64,000 bases of DNA from Phyllobates terribilis (Eukaryota): NCBI RefSeq assembly GCF_046119375.1, contig NW_027362770.1:191828001-191892000 (forward strand), written 5' to 3'. The notes below the pieces were generated by a model. The model saw nothing but the letters and a program-made list of their open reading frames with translations, was not told the origin of the DNA and did no database searches. Position 1 is the stretch's first letter. Each line of letters starts with the position of its first letter. Of the stretch, positions 63,101 to 64,000 are shown piece by piece. A program made the position numbers and the translations under genes.

Positions 63101-64000
63101 TTAAACCACTCTGAACTCCACGTCTCTTCCAAGGGGCATTAAAACCGTCTTGTTAAGCTACTGTGACCTCCACGTCTCTTCCAAGGGGCATTAAAACCGT
63201 CTTGTTAAACCACTCTGAACTCCACGTCTCTTCCAAGGGGCATTAAAATCATCTTGTTAAGCTACTGTGACCTCCATGTCTCTTCCAAGGGTCATTGATA
63301 TTGTCTTTTTATTTCACTGGGACCTCCACCACTCTTCCAAGGGGCATTGATATTGTATTTTTATTCCACTGCGACCTCCACCACTCTTCCAAGGGGCATT
63401 AATATTGTCTTTTTATTCCACTGCGACCTCCGCCACTCTTCAAAGGGTCATTGATATTGTCTTTTTATTCCACTGGGACCTCCACCTCTCTTCCAAGGGG
63501 CATTGATATTGTCTTTTTATTCCACTGGGATCTCCACCACTCTTCCAAGGGGCATTGATATTGTCTTTTATTCCACTGGGACCTCCACGTCTCTTCCAAG
63601 GGGCATTAAAACCATCTTGTTAAACCACTCTGAACTCCACGTCTCTTCCAAGGGGCATTAAAACCGTCTTGTTAAGCTACTGTGACCTCCACATCTCTTC
63701 CAAGGGGCATTAGAACCGTCTTGTTAAACCACTCTGAACTCCACGTCTCTTTCAAGGGGCATTAAAATCATCTTGTTAAGCTACTGTGACCTCCATGTCT
63801 CTTCCAAGGGTCATTGATATTGTCTTTTTATTTCACTGGGACCTCCACCACTCTTCCAAGGGGCATTGATATTGTCTTTTTATTCCACTGCGACCTCCAC
63901 CACTCTTCCAAGGGGCATTGATATTGTCTTTTTATTCCACTGCGACCTCCGCCACTCTTCCAAGGGGCATTGATATTGTCTTTTTATTCCACTGTAACCT

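Larger units (their letters stand above)
52817..64000 (+). repeat. Satellite, 52-bp monomers in three variants; runs off the window
   Basis: All start CTCTTCCAAGGGGCATT, then GATATTGTCTTTTTATTCCACTG, AAAACCGTCTTGTTAAGCTACTG or AAAACCATCTTGTTAAACCACTCTG; first monomer at 51578-51617. Confidence 0.96.

Noticed and set aside
52817-64000. CRISPR-like array or CENP-B-box satellite
   Set aside because: Units are whole-monomer repeats with no unique spacers and no cas genes; TTGGAA occurs on the minus strand but the TTCG...CGGG core of a CENP-B box does not.

Overview
Repeat-dense eukaryotic DNA, most likely an anuran amphibian (inference from the Xenopus-like H2A C-terminus and the repeat families). 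It holds a decaying replication-dependent histone cluster: intact H4 and H2A, an H2B reduced to its promoter plus 8 codons, and two H2B pseudogene bodies fused to a Tc1 fragment. The cluster flank is present as two diverged copies (about 49-8161 and 18506-46964) that took different insertions. These include a Penelope-like element with a minimal hammerhead ribozyme, Tc1, hAT and PIF/Harbinger elements, and a 21-kb nest of three Ty3/Gypsy retrotransposons with exact TSDs. To the right lie a truncated chromovirus, a dead hAT transposase and an 11-kb 52-bp satellite with 1300-bp and 3877-bp higher-order periods. The most notable signals are: (1) tRNA-independent self-priming sites that covary between two chromoviral elements; (2) a hammerhead with a U3-A8 compensatory core; (3) intact -1 frameshift signals in all three full-length retroelements; (4) MITE cores carrying CRE motifs bounded by near-perfect U1 sites; (5) a satellite that appears to grow out of a hAT 3' region. 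All coordinates were read by eye; no alignments or searches were run.
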